A model generated the notes under the pieces. It searched no databases, was not told the DNA's origin, and was given only the letters and a program-made list of their open reading frames with translations. A stretch of 64,000 nt of DNA from a virus, in UHGV virus genome UHGV-0101699. One strand, 5' to 3'. Both the position numbers and the translations under genes were made by a program. Below, piece by piece: positions 9,506-19,231 of this stretch; the stretch's first letter is position 1; every line of letters starts with the position of its first letter.

Positions 9506-9728
9506 TGGCCCCCCTTATTTTCATAGCCTGAAACTCGAAATAATCCCCGGCAGAATCCATATATGACATCAATTCAGCATATTCACCGGCTATTGCCTGC
9601 GCCTTCTCCAGCGCCTCTAGCAGTGCCAGAACGTCATCGGCTTTTATGAAGAACAGGCCTTCGCCAAACTCATTTGCTGAAGCAGCTCGCCGTCTCAGGC
9701 TCTGCGCCAGTTCGGTGATATCAGTCAT
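9495..9728 (-). CDS. hypothetical protein (77 aa)
   Basis: ORF in coupled chain. Confidence 0.5.
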   Translation of the reverse strand: MTDITELAQSLRRRAASANEFGEGLFFIKADDVLALLEALEKAQAIAGEYAELMSYMDSAGDYFEFQAMKIRGANGE

Positions 9729-10282
9729 GCTGCACGCTCCATTTCTACCAGCCCGACACGAACCGCATTCACGATGCGATCGAGGTATTGATAATTCGGG
9801 TTAGGCACAGAAGGCCATCGTGCGTAACATGGGTCGTCGCCAAAAAGCTCCAAAAGTTCATTACCAATGCCGTAGTCGCAGCAACATGCCTTAACGTCAT
9901 CAGCATTTTCGGCTTCATCCCACATTTCGCGAGCTTTCTCAGCATCAAGTTCCCGTTCGCGACGAAGCTTAATGATATGGGCCTTAACGAACGCTAGATT
10001 CGCTTCGTTGTCGTCGTCAACCGAGCTTTCAAGTTGAGGATCTAAGCAACCAATCAGATAGTCATTGCTAACGCGCTTAATAAAAGCCTGAACAGAATCA
10101 CCACCCATGGCGAACCAGGCAGCTGTCCATGCCTTGCCGAAGCAGGTGATTGTGATACGGCCCTTTCCGGGCTCGTAGTTTTCAATCATCACCCTGATTG
10201 GGTCGAGGCGATCGACGTTGGTAATAGTGAAAGCCATAACGTCCATTCGTTCTACTTTCATGCGCTCTCCCATGCGCCCCAA
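9725..10282 (-). CDS. hypothetical protein (185 aa, Cys cluster CCCDYG)
   Basis: ORF overlapping the HD-hydrolase gene end by 25 nt. Confidence 0.55.
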   Translation of the reverse strand: MGRMGERMKVERMDVMAFTITNVDRLDPIRVMIENYEPGKGRITITCFGKAWTAAWFAMGGDSVQAFIKRVSNDYLIGCLDPQLESSVDDDNEANLAFVKAHIIKLRRERELDAEKAREMWDEAENADDVKACCCDYGIGNELLELFGDDPCYARWPSVPNPNYQYLDRIVNAVRVGLVEMERAA

Positions 10283-10911
10283 ATCAGCGCCTTGTGCTTT
10301 TCAAAACGTTTCATGTGTACCGGCTGAAGACTGGCTATACCTTCCACTACCACATCACGAGCTTTAATCAGTAATGCATGCTCGATACCTTTTTTCTCCA
10401 GAAGGTCAACGACACGCTCGTCGGCGCCAATTTCCTTATTCTCAAATAGGACCTTGAGCATTAACTCTTTTTCAGCGAGATAGATGGCCGAAAACTCAGG
10501 ATCGCGGTCGACGATAAACGACGTGTTATCCAGCAGATCGGCCAGCTTTATCATGCGTGTCTGCATATCAAGGCTTTGTGACAGCTCCAGAACGTTAATA
10601 ACGAAACGTTGCACCCTATTTCCGTCTTCTGGCTTGGCTATATTGGTGAGGGCCAGCACCATTTCAGCGACACGCTCACCGAAGTGTTCCCGAACCATCT
10701 CAATGGTTACATGGGTATCTTCCACTACGTCATGCAGTAATGCTGCAATCTGCATCTCAACAGTACCGCCATACCAGGCAACTATTGATCGGACTGAGTC
10801 TGGGTGGTGGATGTAATCCTCACCTGTATATTTCCGTTTCTGACCAACACCGCCATGAGCGCCGGCAGCAAACATGAAAGCTTTAGATACACTCGACATT
10901 CTTATCTCCAT
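10258..10911 (-). CDS. HD-domain hydrolase, Mesh1/SpoT-like (putative alarmone/nucleotide pyrophosphohydrolase)
   Basis: Motifs HHPDSVRSIV ... AALLHDVVEDT match the RelA/SpoT HD hydrolase signature (H..HD..ED). Confidence 0.7.
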   Translation of the reverse strand: MEIRMSSVSKAFMFAAGAHGGVGQKRKYTGEDYIHHPDSVRSIVAWYGGTVEMQIAALLHDVVEDTHVTIEMVREHFGERVAEMVLALTNIAKPEDGNRVQRFVINVLELSQSLDMQTRMIKLADLLDNTSFIVDRDPEFSAIYLAEKELMLKVLFENKEIGADERVVDLLEKKGIEHALLIKARDVVVEGIASLQPVHMKRFEKHKALIWGAWESA

Positions 10912-11014
10912 TGTTTACTTAACTTATTTATTTTCACAGATAAGAAAAGGCAGAAAACAAGTTGTTTAAGGCTATTGATATAGCCTTAAATTGGTGAAAC
11001 CAGTTACGACCCCA

Positions 11015-11743
11015 TCATGATGCGGTGGCGTGTAGGTTTTGCCGCTGCAGTGTCTTGACCTGTTCTTCAAGCTCACGCACATACTCAACAAGAGATCCGC
11101 CTGGCGGTATTTGGCACTCTTCCATGAGTTGAAAGTAAACGTCGGCTGCCGCGCGAATGTTTGAGCCTTTGGTTAGCTGATCACTGAGCAGTTCGTCGCG
11201 CTCTTTCATAAGCCGTACGCATTCTCCATTGCGTTGGTTGACTACAGCCTCCAGCTCTGCGATGCGATCGCCTGGCGTTTTGCACCCCTTACGTTGAGTC
11301 GTAACCGTGAAATATCCAAGCTCAGGAACGTCGTAGCTCAATTCCAGATAGTTTTTTGCACCGTGTCGAACAAATTCGCCGGCGAACATGGTGGCGAACA
11401 TGGCAGAGGCCAGCTCTCCGTTAAACAACGATTCCAGATCTACAGGAGTGCCAGCAGCAAGAGCGGCACGCGCAGCCTCTATGACATTCATAAACTCATC
11501 ATAATGTCTGGCGCGTTTCTCCAGCTCTGCCCACTGCTGACTAGTTCGACGCACCAGGTACTCAATAAAAATCAGCGCTGATTCGTCGGCGTCGCCTTCA
11601 AATGAGACCTTACCTTTATCGACAATAATCGTGCCCACAGCGGTTGGGTTGTTGCCCTGAAGACAAAATCTGAAAGGAGTGTCCGTGCTCATCGGTGATA
11701 CAGCCTGTATATCCATAGAAGTGGCTTTATTCCTGCTTTCCAT
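11015..11743 (-). CDS. hypothetical protein (242 aa)
   Basis: ORF between MTase and HD hydrolase. Confidence 0.55.
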   Translation of the reverse strand: MESRNKATSMDIQAVSPMSTDTPFRFCLQGNNPTAVGTIIVDKGKVSFEGDADESALIFIEYLVRRTSQQWAELEKRARHYDEFMNVIEAARAALAAGTPVDLESLFNGELASAMFATMFAGEFVRHGAKNYLELSYDVPELGYFTVTTQRKGCKTPGDRIAELEAVVNQRNGECVRLMKERDELLSDQLTKGSNIRAAADVYFQLMEECQIPPGGSLVEYVRELEEQVKTLQRQNLHATAS

Positions 11744-11804
11744 GTGTGTTTCCCTCTTAATTTCGCGTCATCATTTTTACACATAATAAGTATGTAGTTA
11801 CCTA

Positions 11805-13490
11805 TTATTTTGTTCGTTTGAAGACATACACACTGACAGTTATCCCCGTGTCATCAAACTCGCCTGTGTACGACTTACCTTTGGCGTAGACGAAATTATC
11901 CAGCATCATCCAGCTCAGTGTTGGTGAGTCCCCCGGCAAAACAGCAACAAGGCGCCCACCGACTTTCAGATGTCCCAGCCCAGCCAGCGTGTGTTCTTTG
12001 TGGCGCCCGAGAGAGTAGGGTGGATTCATGACTATCTTGTCGAAGAGGTAGCCTTCATTGTCAGCAGACCACTTCATGAAGTCACAGCAGACTGTGTTCA
12101 CGTAGCCTTTACCAAGAAGGATGTCAGCAAATAGCGGCGCAACCTCAACACAGGTCACGTCCTCAGGATTCGCCTCAATAAACGTAAGCAGATCTCCGCG
12201 ACCAGCTTCCGGCTCCAGCAATGTTTCGCCAGATTTCAAGTCAACGACCTTGGCCACGTACTCCGCGATTACACGAGGGGTAGGGTAGAACTGATGTGAT
12301 TTTGCATCCGGCATCAAACCTGTCGCCACAATCGTATTGAGTGTTTGACCGATCTCATACGGGAACTGCCAGTGCTTTTTATCCTGTACGCCGCCAATGA
12401 AGCTCAATGTGCGCTCCAACTCTTCAACCTGCGACTTCTGGAGACTGGAATCAGAGAAGTACCAAACCCCCTTGTCTTTGCTGAATCGCCCGTCACGTAA
12501 AGTGGATCGAACGGGCTCAGAGATGGTCTTTTGAATGAGGCCAAACTCCTCAGGCGCTCTGGTTTTTGGGGCTGTTCGGCAGGGGGCAGGTATAGCGGCC
12601 GGCATACTGTACGCCAGCACCTCATTAAGCTTCCAGGCAACATCTGGGTGGATCTCAAAATGCACATTACCGTTCTTGAACATTTTCACGCGCATGAGGT
12701 TACCATCCACGTTGATCCAATCACCCGTCTGGCAATCATTTGCCCGGTACGCAGCCGATAGCATCTCTGTTGTGCGGTTAATGGTGATGAACTCCTTATG
12801 CGCAAAGAAATGCAGCATTACACGCAGGTCATCGATGTAATCCTCTTTCCGATAGTTCACGCTGACACTATCCCGCCAGAACTCTGAAATGCAGCTGGCG
12901 ATGATCAGACGCTCGCTAAAGCCGTTCGTTTTATTGGTCTTATGCGCAGGGCTTAGCGCCTTAAACAAACCGTAAACGCGCTCAGAGAGATATTTATGCC
13001 TGTCATTCAGCAGATTGACCATCGTGGGGATGACCGTCTCTGCTTTGAACTCAGGTACGCCAACGAACTCCTTAACCTTCATCTGGTAGCCGGTTCTGTC
13101 AGTCTTGATGGTTTCCTGCTTGCCTTCTATGAACTGTTCGCGCCATTCATCTCGGCGGGAAGCTGGCATGATCAGCAGAACGTTTGTCATATCCGTGACC
13201 TTCTTCCAGTATTCGGCCCAGATATTCTGCTTCACCCACTCAAGATCGACCTTATCCAGCCAAGCTCTGTTGAAGCGTGTGCGTTCGTCATCCGGCCGGT
13301 GGTTGAGTCGAAGCAGGCGGTTAATCATGTTGTGACGCTCATCGCCATAAACGAAGTCGTGAACCTGGTGCATGAACGCGATCTCTTTCTCGCACTCGGC
13401 AACGATGTCATGGATGACGTTCATCTCTTTGCTATGGTCGATACCGGTGTTCGAAGCAAGAGACTCAAGGACAGAAAGCGCTGTACTCAT
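11805..13490 (-). CDS. DNA methyltransferase with large N-terminal domain of unknown function (probable N6-adenine, NPPY motif)
   Basis: C-terminal EPEAGRGDL (SAM-binding motif I) ... VMNPPYS (motif IV); about 360 aa N-terminal extension. Confidence 0.7.
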   Translation of the reverse strand: MSTALSVLESLASNTGIDHSKEMNVIHDIVAECEKEIAFMHQVHDFVYGDERHNMINRLLRLNHRPDDERTRFNRAWLDKVDLEWVKQNIWAEYWKKVTDMTNVLLIMPASRRDEWREQFIEGKQETIKTDRTGYQMKVKEFVGVPEFKAETVIPTMVNLLNDRHKYLSERVYGLFKALSPAHKTNKTNGFSERLIIASCISEFWRDSVSVNYRKEDYIDDLRVMLHFFAHKEFITINRTTEMLSAAYRANDCQTGDWINVDGNLMRVKMFKNGNVHFEIHPDVAWKLNEVLAYSMPAAIPAPCRTAPKTRAPEEFGLIQKTISEPVRSTLRDGRFSKDKGVWYFSDSSLQKSQVEELERTLSFIGGVQDKKHWQFPYEIGQTLNTIVATGLMPDAKSHQFYPTPRVIAEYVAKVVDLKSGETLLEPEAGRGDLLTFIEANPEDVTCVEVAPLFADILLGKGYVNTVCCDFMKWSADNEGYLFDKIVMNPPYSLGRHKEHTLAGLGHLKVGGRLVAVLPGDSPTLSWMMLDNFVYAKGKSYTGEFDDTGITVSVYVFKRTK

Positions 13491-13618
13491 AATTTCACCA
13501 TATAAACAATTTGTTTTCTTATTGGTTTTATTATCTCAGACAAGAAAAGGCATAAAAGATCTATACAGAGGGCTACGGAGGAGGGGAAGGGGGCTCTCGC
13601 CCCCTTGCTATTTCAGGT

Positions 13619-14197
13619 TCAGTGGCTGACTTGCTGCATCTTGTGCGGCTGGTCATTTAGATCGTGGCGATGGGCAAGTTCTCGCATCATGTCTTCAATA
13701 CGACTCTTCGCTTCATCCATATTATCCGCCATCGCACCAAGCAGCTGGCGAATAGCAGCGGGATGTTCATCGCCGGTTAGCTCTGGCATTTTGAACCCGT
13801 TATGGGTTGCCATTAGTTTAAAGGCGGTAATTAACATGCCTAAAGAAGACTTAAGGCTGGCGATCTCCCGCTCTTTGCTTTCAATGCCGATATTGTCTCC
13901 GGAGAGATCAGGCGCCGGCGAGCATTTTGGTTCGCTCATCATGTCCAGAGTTGCCTGCAGTTTATTGGCACGTTCATGCTCTTCCACATACGCCCCGCCA
14001 AAGTGACGAGCAAGCATCAGGATTTTCATTGGTTCATCAAATAAGTCCATGACCTGGACGATGGCCATGATGCGTTCCAGCGGATGAGCGTCACCATGAC
14101 CAGTTATAGAATCAAGCATCCCTACGAGTTTTTTAGCCCCGACTTCATTAATGATCTTCTTTACTTCAGCGTTAGCGGCGGTGCATTTATCACACAT
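13619..14197 (-). CDS. hypothetical protein (192 aa)
   Basis: ORF with conserved AGGAAAAACACATG start context. Confidence 0.55.
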   Translation of the reverse strand: MCDKCTAANAEVKKIINEVGAKKLVGMLDSITGHGDAHPLERIMAIVQVMDLFDEPMKILMLARHFGGAYVEEHERANKLQATLDMMSEPKCSPAPDLSGDNIGIESKEREIASLKSSLGMLITAFKLMATHNGFKMPELTGDEHPAAIRQLLGAMADNMDEAKSRIEDMMRELAHRHDLNDQPHKMQQVSH

Positions 14198-14479
14198 GTG
14201 TTTTTCCTTAATTGTTAAAATAATTTGTTTTCTTGGTGGCTTTATTCTGACAATTCAGAAGAGGGGGGCAAACGCGTCATAACGGTTAAACCAGAAGAAT
14301 CGAGGGCCAGGTGGCCCTCGGCGATCACTTCGATTTTTTAAGTAGAGGTTGGGCAAAGTAGATAGCCAATCCAACCAACACGCCATCTGCCGCGATAGAC
14401 ATCAGTTTGCCAGTGAAGTCCACCAGCACGACCAGCACGAGAAGAATGGCGACGACGGCCAGCCTTAATTTCTCTGCCA

Positions 14480-14905
14480 TTAGATGTACGCATCCAGAGA
14501 TAACTGCAGCGCCTGAGCAATTTTCTTCAGCACAACCTCTTCTTCTTCGCCGATGCCATCCTGATCGGCAATATCCAGACAGAGACACAACACATCAACG
14601 GCTTCTGGAGTGCCGGCGACATCAGCCAGCTCCCGAAGAGCCTGTGCGTTGGCGGAACGAGGAGAAGCTTCATAGCGAGCACGAATATTGCTGCTCATCT
14701 GGGCGATCTCACCCGCGAACGGTGAGAAAGCTGGCAGTGCGGAGATGGTCTTCTCCAGAATAGCGATTTCTTTTGCATCACAGTTGCCGTCTGCATAAGC
14801 GATCATGTATGCGCCCCAGACAGTAGCTTCGACCGCATCGCGGTTCTCCATTTTTTTAACTTCAATAACCGCTTTACGAGTTTTCTTTTTGAAGAAACCT
14901 AACAT
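14480..14905 (-). CDS. TerB-like domain protein
   Basis: Pattern IAYADGNCDAKEIAILEKTIS ... DQDGIGEEEEVVLKKIAQAL resembles tellurite-resistance TerB fold; start MLGFFKKK with conserved ACACATG context. Confidence 0.45.
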   Translation of the reverse strand: MLGFFKKKTRKAVIEVKKMENRDAVEATVWGAYMIAYADGNCDAKEIAILEKTISALPAFSPFAGEIAQMSSNIRARYEASPRSANAQALRELADVAGTPEAVDVLCLCLDIADQDGIGEEEEVVLKKIAQALQLSLDAYI

Positions 14906-15007
14906 GTGTTTTTCCCTATATGTTATGCGCTTAAACAAATTGTTTTCGTATACAAATAAACATTAAGGCAGCAAAGAGAGCCTCCAAGGCTTCTACCCCT
15001 ACGCCCA

Positions 15008-15196
15008 TTAACAGAACCCGAGAACAGAGCCGATCGGTGGGACAAAAATCCCCACAACACGAGCGATCGTCATACCTGAGTGAAGAAATAAATCACCGTG
15101 TAGTGCCAGCTTAACGATGTTTGAGATCCAGCCACCCACCGCCAAAAGCAGAATGGCTATCCAAATGAATGACCAGTTTTTGAGTAAGAAGATCAC
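15008..15196 (-). CDS. small membrane protein (2 predicted TM helices)
   Basis: 62-aa hydrophobic ORF. Confidence 0.35.
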   Translation of the reverse strand: MIFLLKNWSFIWIAILLLAVGGWISNIVKLALHGDLFLHSGMTIARVVGIFVPPIGSVLGFC

Positions 15197-15205
15197 GCCA
15201 TCACC

Positions 15206-15760
15206 TCAGTCGCAGCAGGAGGAAGATCCGGAGTCGCAGGACGAACTTGAGGAATCGAATCCAACCGCATCCCATCCAGAGTGGCAGACCGAGGCATGGT
15301 GGTGATGCTGGTTGTGCTTTCCGTGACTGGTGCCGGCGTCTGCTGCGAAACCGTTTTGCATGAGTCCGGCATCAGCAACGCCTGAGTCGACGGTATTGCT
15401 ACGGCTGCCAGACAAATCGTGATCAGCCCGTAGGCCATTGGAAGTAGTCTTTTTCGTTGAAATTGATCCATCTGAGCTCTCCATGCGCGTTTGATTGGCT
15501 CGCACGCCCCAGGTGTCTCGCAGGATTTTTGCGGTTCGGGTCTTCATCACTTCCCCCATTGCCACACGAGCCCCCAGGTTAGAGATGGCCACCGCATGGT
15601 CATCCAGACGATGCTCCATTTGACCTACTTTCTCTTCCAGTTCGGACAGGCGTGCAGACACACGGCCGGAGAATAACTCCGCCAGGATGAGTCGTAGCGA
15701 ACGGGGGTGTTTCTTAAGAGAAGAGGAAGGCGTTTGATGTGCCATTTGAAATCCTTTCAA
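15206..15760 (-). CDS. hypothetical coiled-coil protein; C-terminal third low-complexity and overlapped by alternate-frame ORF 15193-15471
   Basis: Two long ORFs overlapping in different frames; the alternate frame encodes a signal-peptide and Pro/Thr-rich protein. Confidence 0.4.
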   Translation of the reverse strand: MKGFQMAHQTPSSSLKKHPRSLRLILAELFSGRVSARLSELEEKVGQMEHRLDDHAVAISNLGARVAMGEVMKTRTAKILRDTWGVRANQTRMESSDGSISTKKTTSNGLRADHDLSGSRSNTVDSGVADAGLMQNGFAADAGTSHGKHNQHHHHASVCHSGWDAVGFDSSSSSCDSGSSSCCD

Positions 15761-15902
15761 TGTCAGAAAGAGTTGCGGCTGGAATGTCCAGCCGCCGTTT
15801 TTTGCGTTCCATCCTTGGAACCGTGCCTAACCAGCACGTTGTCATCCTGACGATGGGTAAGATACATGATACATAATGATAGGTAAATACTTACTTATCA
15901 TT

Positions 15903-16502
15903 TTATACCAAAAAACCAGCATCTTTTTTGTGTGGAGTATCCGCTGCCGCATATGCTGCGATCTTGGCCAGCCTGTCGCATATTTCGTTTTCTCGATGCC
16001 CGGCGTGGCCCTTTACCCAGTTCCACCTGACATTGTGGCGACTGGCGGCTAAATCGAGTCGTTTCCAGAGGTCGACATTCTTAACAGGCTTCTTGTCAGC
16101 AGTGATCCAACCATTTTGTTTCCACCCCTTCATCCAGAGGGTCATACCATTTTTGAGATACTGGCTATCTGAGTGCAGGATCACGTTGCAGGAGAATTTA
16201 AGGCGTTCCAAAGCTATCAGGGCGCCCATCATCTCCATGCGATTGTTTGTGGTGCTGTGGAAGCCGTCGGAAAACTCGCGTTCTTCGCCGCGGAACTGAA
16301 AGACGATGCCATATCCACCGGGCCCGCCTGGGTTTCTGAGACAAGAGCCATCACTGAAAACTTTGACCGTCTTAAACCGGGGATTAAATTCGACAACTGG
16401 CGTTTTGAAGTTTTTGCGGGGGTGTTTTTGATACTGGTGCTGCGCACGGCCGGCTGCCGTTTTTCGTCTGGCGTGTGTGCTTGTCGTCATCTCTAACTCC
16501 AA
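15903..16502 (-). CDS. rnhA: ribonuclease HI
   Basis: [18 protein letters not shown] ... [16 protein letters not shown] ... [17 protein letters not shown] ... WVKGHAGH is near-identical in motifs to E. coli RnhA; basic N-terminal extension. Confidence 0.85.
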   Translation of the reverse strand: MELEMTTSTHARRKTAAGRAQHQYQKHPRKNFKTPVVEFNPRFKTVKVFSDGSCLRNPGGPGGYGIVFQFRGEEREFSDGFHSTTNNRMEMMGALIALERLKFSCNVILHSDSQYLKNGMTLWMKGWKQNGWITADKKPVKNVDLWKRLDLAASRHNVRWNWVKGHAGHRENEICDRLAKIAAYAAADTPHKKDAGFLV

Positions 16503-17069
16503 AGCGTGCGCCGCCGCCCGTTTTTCCTCGCGCGTGTGCGCACGCGTATTTATACATATTTATTTTCAATAAATTACTTCCCAGATCGGGTTTATTTTTA
16601 CCTGAACTGAGCGAACGAAGTGAGTGAAGTTCACCTCGAACGAAGTGAGAGGTTGTCTTTTCAGGTAATACTCTCCCAGGGAGGTGAGTAAAAAAATCCT
16701 CACCAACCTGGTCGTTTCATAACCTGAAAAGTTATGACCTAAGTCTACTGCCAGCTTAGGCTTGGGAAGTTATGGATGACAGCACCCCAGAACCGAGATC
16801 TTCCCACACTTCATGAAGGGGAGTACTGGATTCAACCTCTCAAAATACCCAGACTCGACAATCATAAAGTGACCCTTCTCTCTGCCCACTTTGGTTCCCC
16901 CTTCCCCAGACCCCAAAAGGGCTGGTTCTGCGCTGGTTGTGGGCTTTTTTAAGTCTGGTGCCAGTGACGCTATCCTCCACCCACCAGACCGAGATTTCGA
17001 TTCAGGTCGAAATCGACATCATTCTACAACCACTATGATACATCGTAAACGGTAACTACTTACTTACTT

Positions 17070-17321
17070 TTATGACTGATCATTTTGTCTACCATGAAGC
17101 TGAACTTGCAGGGCAAAAACCTCGTTGATTAGCTCGCCAAGGAGCTGCTCAATCAGGTCTTTGTGTTCGCCAGTGTGCAAACATTTCAGTGACCACTCGT
17201 AAAGACTGAATGCCTTTTCACGATCCTTCATGAGTTCGCGAGCGTTAGCCAAAAAATCGCTCTCAACGAGCGCTACAACGTTGGTCGGGTATGCCATGAT
17301 GGTTTCCTTACTTGTCTTCAC
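17070..17321 (-). CDS. hypothetical small protein
   Basis: 83-aa ORF flanked by two copies of the GGTAAGTACTTACC-type motif. Confidence 0.45.
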   Translation of the reverse strand: MKTSKETIMAYPTNVVALVESDFLANARELMKDREKAFSLYEWSLKCLHTGEHKDLIEQLLGELINEVFALQVQLHGRQNDQS

Positions 17322-17494
17322 AAAAACGATTCTATAGCGTCTGGAAAGGGGTTCCAGAGTGGTCTGGGCGTCTTGTTTCGGTCTGGGAGTGGTCTGGAAT
17401 CGACAAGGAAAAGCCTGCTTTCGTATATGTTTATAATTAGTACTTAGTTATTTATATATACGAAAGCAGGTTATGAAACGCTCCCAGACTCGGA

Positions 17495-18088
17495 TTAAGC
17501 AGCCTGTTTCCGTGGTCTTTTTTTCCTGATCACTTTGGCAGGATCGTAACCACCCAGACTTTTCATCACTGTCAGCGGGACTTTATTCATGAAGTGACCA
17601 GCGTTCTGACAGAATCCGCGGAAGACCACCAGCATACTTCCGCCTGGGTTGATATTGACTTCAACCAAACCCAATGTGACGTCTGGTTCCATGAACGCTA
17701 CGCGGCCGCCAGAAAGAACTACCGTCTGGTTTGCGCACTCGGTGGCGCGCTCATACCACATCGTGTCGAGCGATTGCGGAATGAGCATAACGGTGGTTAC
17801 ACCACGCGCTTGCTCTCGGATAGCCGCCTCTATCCAGGGGGTTATTTTGGAGTAGGGCGGGTTGAGAAAAGCCACCGTTCCAGGATCACCCCAGCTGGAC
17901 TTAAGAGCATCTCGTTCCACACCTATGTAGCTTGGAAGAAGCGCGTTTTCTTTGTTACAGGCGACATCAACATCAAACGTAATGCCGAGATATCGCTGAA
18001 TGGCGACAAACAACCATTTCGGTGTGCGCCAAAGGTCTCGAAGAGAGGCATCTCGCTCTCGCTTTTTGATTTTTTCGGCTGCTATCAT
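17495..18088 (-). CDS. phage-type DNA N6-adenine methyltransferase (Dam-like)
   Basis: WRTPKWLF ... FDVDVACN ... LNPPYS motifs typical of the phage Dam_N6 family; ATG at 18088 (the ORF-track TTG at 18100 is less likely). Confidence 0.75.
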   Translation of the reverse strand: MIAAEKIKKRERDASLRDLWRTPKWLFVAIQRYLGITFDVDVACNKENALLPSYIGVERDALKSSWGDPGTVAFLNPPYSKITPWIEAAIREQARGVTTVMLIPQSLDTMWYERATECANQTVVLSGGRVAFMEPDVTLGLVEVNINPGGSMLVVFRGFCQNAGHFMNKVPLTVMKSLGGYDPAKVIRKKRPRKQAA

Positions 18089-18272
18089 TTTACAATCCAA
18101 TAGGTAAGTACTTACCTATTTTTTCATGTCATCTTACGAATGGCAAATAAAGAAAAAACACGCCAGATTGCTTAACGGGAGACGCTCTGGCGTGTTTTTT
18201 ACTGTTGGGGCATACGAATAACTGTCCAACGCTCTAAAACTATCAGGGGGCTTCAGAGCGCGAAACGGATCG

Positions 18273-19106
18273 TCAGCCAATGGAATACTCCGCGATAAAT
18301 TTCCTTACGATCGGGGACTCTTCATTAAGAAGCAATCTTCCACCATCCCTCGTAGCGATTCCCGTGACTGGGAAAACAGCCATCATCTGGCCAGCCTGAG
18401 TCGACGCGGTGCTGAGTGGATATGGCTTTTCCGGATAGCTCATTAACGCCAGCTTAATGCTATTGCTGCTTGCCTCTTTTGTGTCAATAAGATGCCGCAA
18501 TGCAATCACCGTGTAGATGCTGATATCCGGTCCGCCATTGAACCAATTTAGCAGGTTAGAGATCTTGTCTTTTGCCTTAACCGGCGCCGAATTCAGAGCT
18601 TCGATGAAGACCTCACGTTTCAGACCAGCCGCAGCATAAAAATCATCGCCCTTATCGTTCAGGCTGAATCGAGGCTTGGGTGCTGCGCGCTCTTTTTTCG
18701 CCGCCTTCGACTCTTTTGGCTGAGCCGCAACTGACGATTCTTTGGCGTGTTTCTCCTTTTTTTCATCAGTCTGAGGTTTATCACCCTGTGTCGAGTCGAT
18801 CTCAGGAAGAGGGGAGATCGACTCGACTTGAGGTATCTCAACATCAACCACCTTCAGCGACTCATGTTCGTTTTCCAACTCTTCAAACACATCGGTGAGA
18901 TCGCCGCCGTCTTTCGCTTCCATTACAGTTTCAGCAACAGCCGGCACCGGCACGATCGTCTCATCGTTAAGATCTGCCAGCAGGTCGTCTATTTCGTCCC
19001 CTACAACGGCCTCCGAAGCCAGTTTTTCAGGCTCATCGAGCAGTTGCAGCATGGCGGTCAGCTCATCCAGATCATCTTTTTTGACTGTATTGTTGAGGTT
19101 GCTCAT
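18273..19106 (-). CDS. acidic hypothetical protein (277 aa)
   Basis: Asp/Glu-rich N-terminal half, KE-rich linker, structured C-terminal domain. Confidence 0.5.
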   Translation of the reverse strand: MSNLNNTVKKDDLDELTAMLQLLDEPEKLASEAVVGDEIDDLLADLNDETIVPVPAVAETVMEAKDGGDLTDVFEELENEHESLKVVDVEIPQVESISPLPEIDSTQGDKPQTDEKKEKHAKESSVAAQPKESKAAKKERAAPKPRFSLNDKGDDFYAAAGLKREVFIEALNSAPVKAKDKISNLLNWFNGGPDISIYTVIALRHLIDTKEASSNSIKLALMSYPEKPYPLSTASTQAGQMMAVFPVTGIATRDGGRLLLNEESPIVRKFIAEYSIG

Positions 19107-19231
19107 GTCTCTCTCCTTTACGTTGTGTGAGCGTTTATACGTTTTTGGGTTGAGAGCATTTTGTCAAAACCTATTAGGTGGAAAAGAAGTAAATACAGGC
19201 AGTTGGGATAATGAGAGGGGCGAAAGCGCCG

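Noticed and set aside
12996-13505. 169-aa plus-strand ORF inside the methyltransferase gene
   Set aside because: Antisense overlap with a conserved-motif gene; no independent signals.
17495-18100. TTG start for the Dam-like MTase (MDCKM...)
   Set aside because: An in-frame ATG 12 nt downstream gives an N-terminus (MIAAEK) consistent with homologue length. Reported from the ATG at 18088.
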